NCBI RefSeq assembly: GCF_000009605.1
Contig: NC_002528.1
Location: forward strand, 450,001 to 482,000
DNA length: 32,000 bases
Direction of reading: 5' to 3'
Origin: Buchnera aphidicola str. APS (Acyrthosiphon pisum)
GTDB taxonomy: Bacteria; Pseudomonadota; Gammaproteobacteria; Enterobacterales; Enterobacteriaceae
Below the pieces are notes generated by a model that worked only from the letters and a program-made list of their open reading frames with translations, was not told where the DNA came from and did not search any database. This document shows, in pieces, positions 31,012 through 32,000 of this stretch. Position numbers and translations under genes: made by a program. Numbering within the stretch: position 1 is the stretch's first letter; every line of letters starts with the position of its first letter.

Positions 31012-32000
31012 ATGAAATATATATATATAAAAACTTGGGGTTGTCAAATGAATGAATATGATTCATCTATGATAATCACTTTATTAGAAAAAAATAATCA
31101 ATACTCACTTACCAAGTCAGCGGAAAATGCTGATATTTTAATATTAAATACTTGCTCTATAAGAGAAAAAGCTCAAGAAAAAGTTTTTCATCAACTAGGT
31201 AGATGGAAAAAAATAAAAAATAATAACCCAAAAGTCATTATTGCTGTAGGGGGTTGTGTAGCTACTCAAGAAGGAAAAGAAATTTTTAAAAGAGCAAATT
31301 ATGTAGATATCATATTTGGGACTCAAACTTTACATAGATTACCAAAAATGATCGATGAAGTAGAAAAAAAACGCAAGTTATCAATTGACATCAGTTTTCC
31401 TAAATTAGAAAAATTTAAATATTTTTTAGCACCTAAAAAAAAAGGATACACGGCAGATATTTCTATTATGGAAGGATGTAATAAATATTGTTCTTTTTGT
31501 GTAGTCCCATATACAAGAGGAAATGAAATTAGTCGTCCATGTGATGATGTATTATTTGAAATATCACTTTTAGCAAAACAAGGAATAAAAGAAATCAACT
31601 TATTGGGACAAAACGTAAATGCATATCAAGGTCCAACCTTTAATGGAAAAGTTTGTTATTTTTCAGAATTAATAAGATTAGTTGCAGAAATAGATGGAAT
31701 CGAGAGAATTCGATTTACTACTAGTAATCCACTTGAATTTACTGATGATATTATTGAAGTATATAAAGACACACCAAAACTAGTAAGTTTTCTTCATCTT
31801 CCTGTTCAAAGTGGTTCTAATAAAATTCTTAATTTAATGAAACGTTCATATACAACAGAAGATTATACATCTATTATTAAAAAACTAACAATTGCCAGAC
31901 CTGATATTCAAATTAGTTCAGATTTTATTGTTGGATTTCCTGGAGAATCTGAAATAGATTTTGAAAAAACTATAGAATTTATAAAAAATATTAATTTTGA
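31012..32000 (+). CDS. miaB: tRNA-2-methylthio-N6-dimethylallyladenosine synthase MiaB, N-terminal ~329 aa (3' end outside window)
   Basis: This gene is not in the ORF track because the frame is still open at the window edge. My manual translation from ATG 31012 gives [18 protein letters not shown]..., [19 protein letters not shown] and the radical-SAM motif [15 protein letters not shown], with no stop through base 32000. Confidence 0.92.
   Translation, partial: MKYIYIKTWGCQMNEYDSSMIITLLEKNNQYSLTKSAENADILILNTCSIREKAQEKVFHQLGRWKKIKNNNPKVIIAVGGCVATQEGKEIFKRANYVDIIFGTQTLHRLPKMIDEVEKKRKLSIDISFPKLEKFKYFLAPKKKGYTADISIMEGCNKYCSFCVVPYTRGNEISRPCDDVLFEISLLAKQGIKEINLLGQNVNAYQGPTFNGKVCYFSELIRLVAEIDGIERIRFTTSNPLEFTDDIIEVYKDTPKLVSFLHLPVQSGSNKILNLMKRSYTTEDYTSIIKKLTIARPDIQISSDFIVGFPGESEIDFEKTIEFIKNINF

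Noticed and set aside
31323-31598. 91-aa minus-strand ORF
   Set aside because: It lies antisense to the clearly recognisable miaB reading frame, which the track omits because it runs off the window.

Overview
The window is very AT-rich (judged by eye, not computed) and densely packed with conserved gammaproteobacterial housekeeping genes. Intergenic spacers are short, and I found no mobile elements, rRNA or tRNA genes, or CRISPR arrays. Composition, gene content and gene order all fit a reduced obligate-endosymbiont chromosome of the Buchnera aphidicola type. From memory, the order glnS-pyrG-eno-nlpD-ispF-ispD-ftsB-cysCNDG-cysHIJ-mutS-dsbA-polA(exo)-engB-typA-gmk-ygfZ-prfB-lysS-lysA-lgt-thyA-miaB matches the Acyrthosiphon pisum-type Buchnera genome; I cannot verify that here. 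I call 27 protein genes. Two are cut by the window edges: glnS at the 5' end and miaB at the 3' end. The main functional block is a complete, intact assimilatory sulfate-reduction set (cysJIH, cysG, cysDNC) in one same-strand array. I do not see a convincing novel multi-gene system such as defence, secretion or toxin genes. This is core, syntenic, reductively evolved DNA. The points worth a second look are: (1) prfB requires a programmed +1 frameshift that the ORF track misses; (2) a 338-bp spacer between cysH and cysG, long for this window, carries an over-represented TAAGATAC/GTATCTTA octamer in four copies with hairpin potential; (3) A10-A11 tracts lie inside coding sequences, three of them in the mismatch-repair gene mutS; (4) domain-level truncations affect polA (5'-3' exonuclease only), MutS (no C-terminal domain), FtsB (no C-terminal third) and NlpD (no lipobox); (5) the nlpD-cysJ block is inverted relative to E. 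coli K-12; (6) a perfect 15-bp hairpin sits between the convergent genes typA and gmk.
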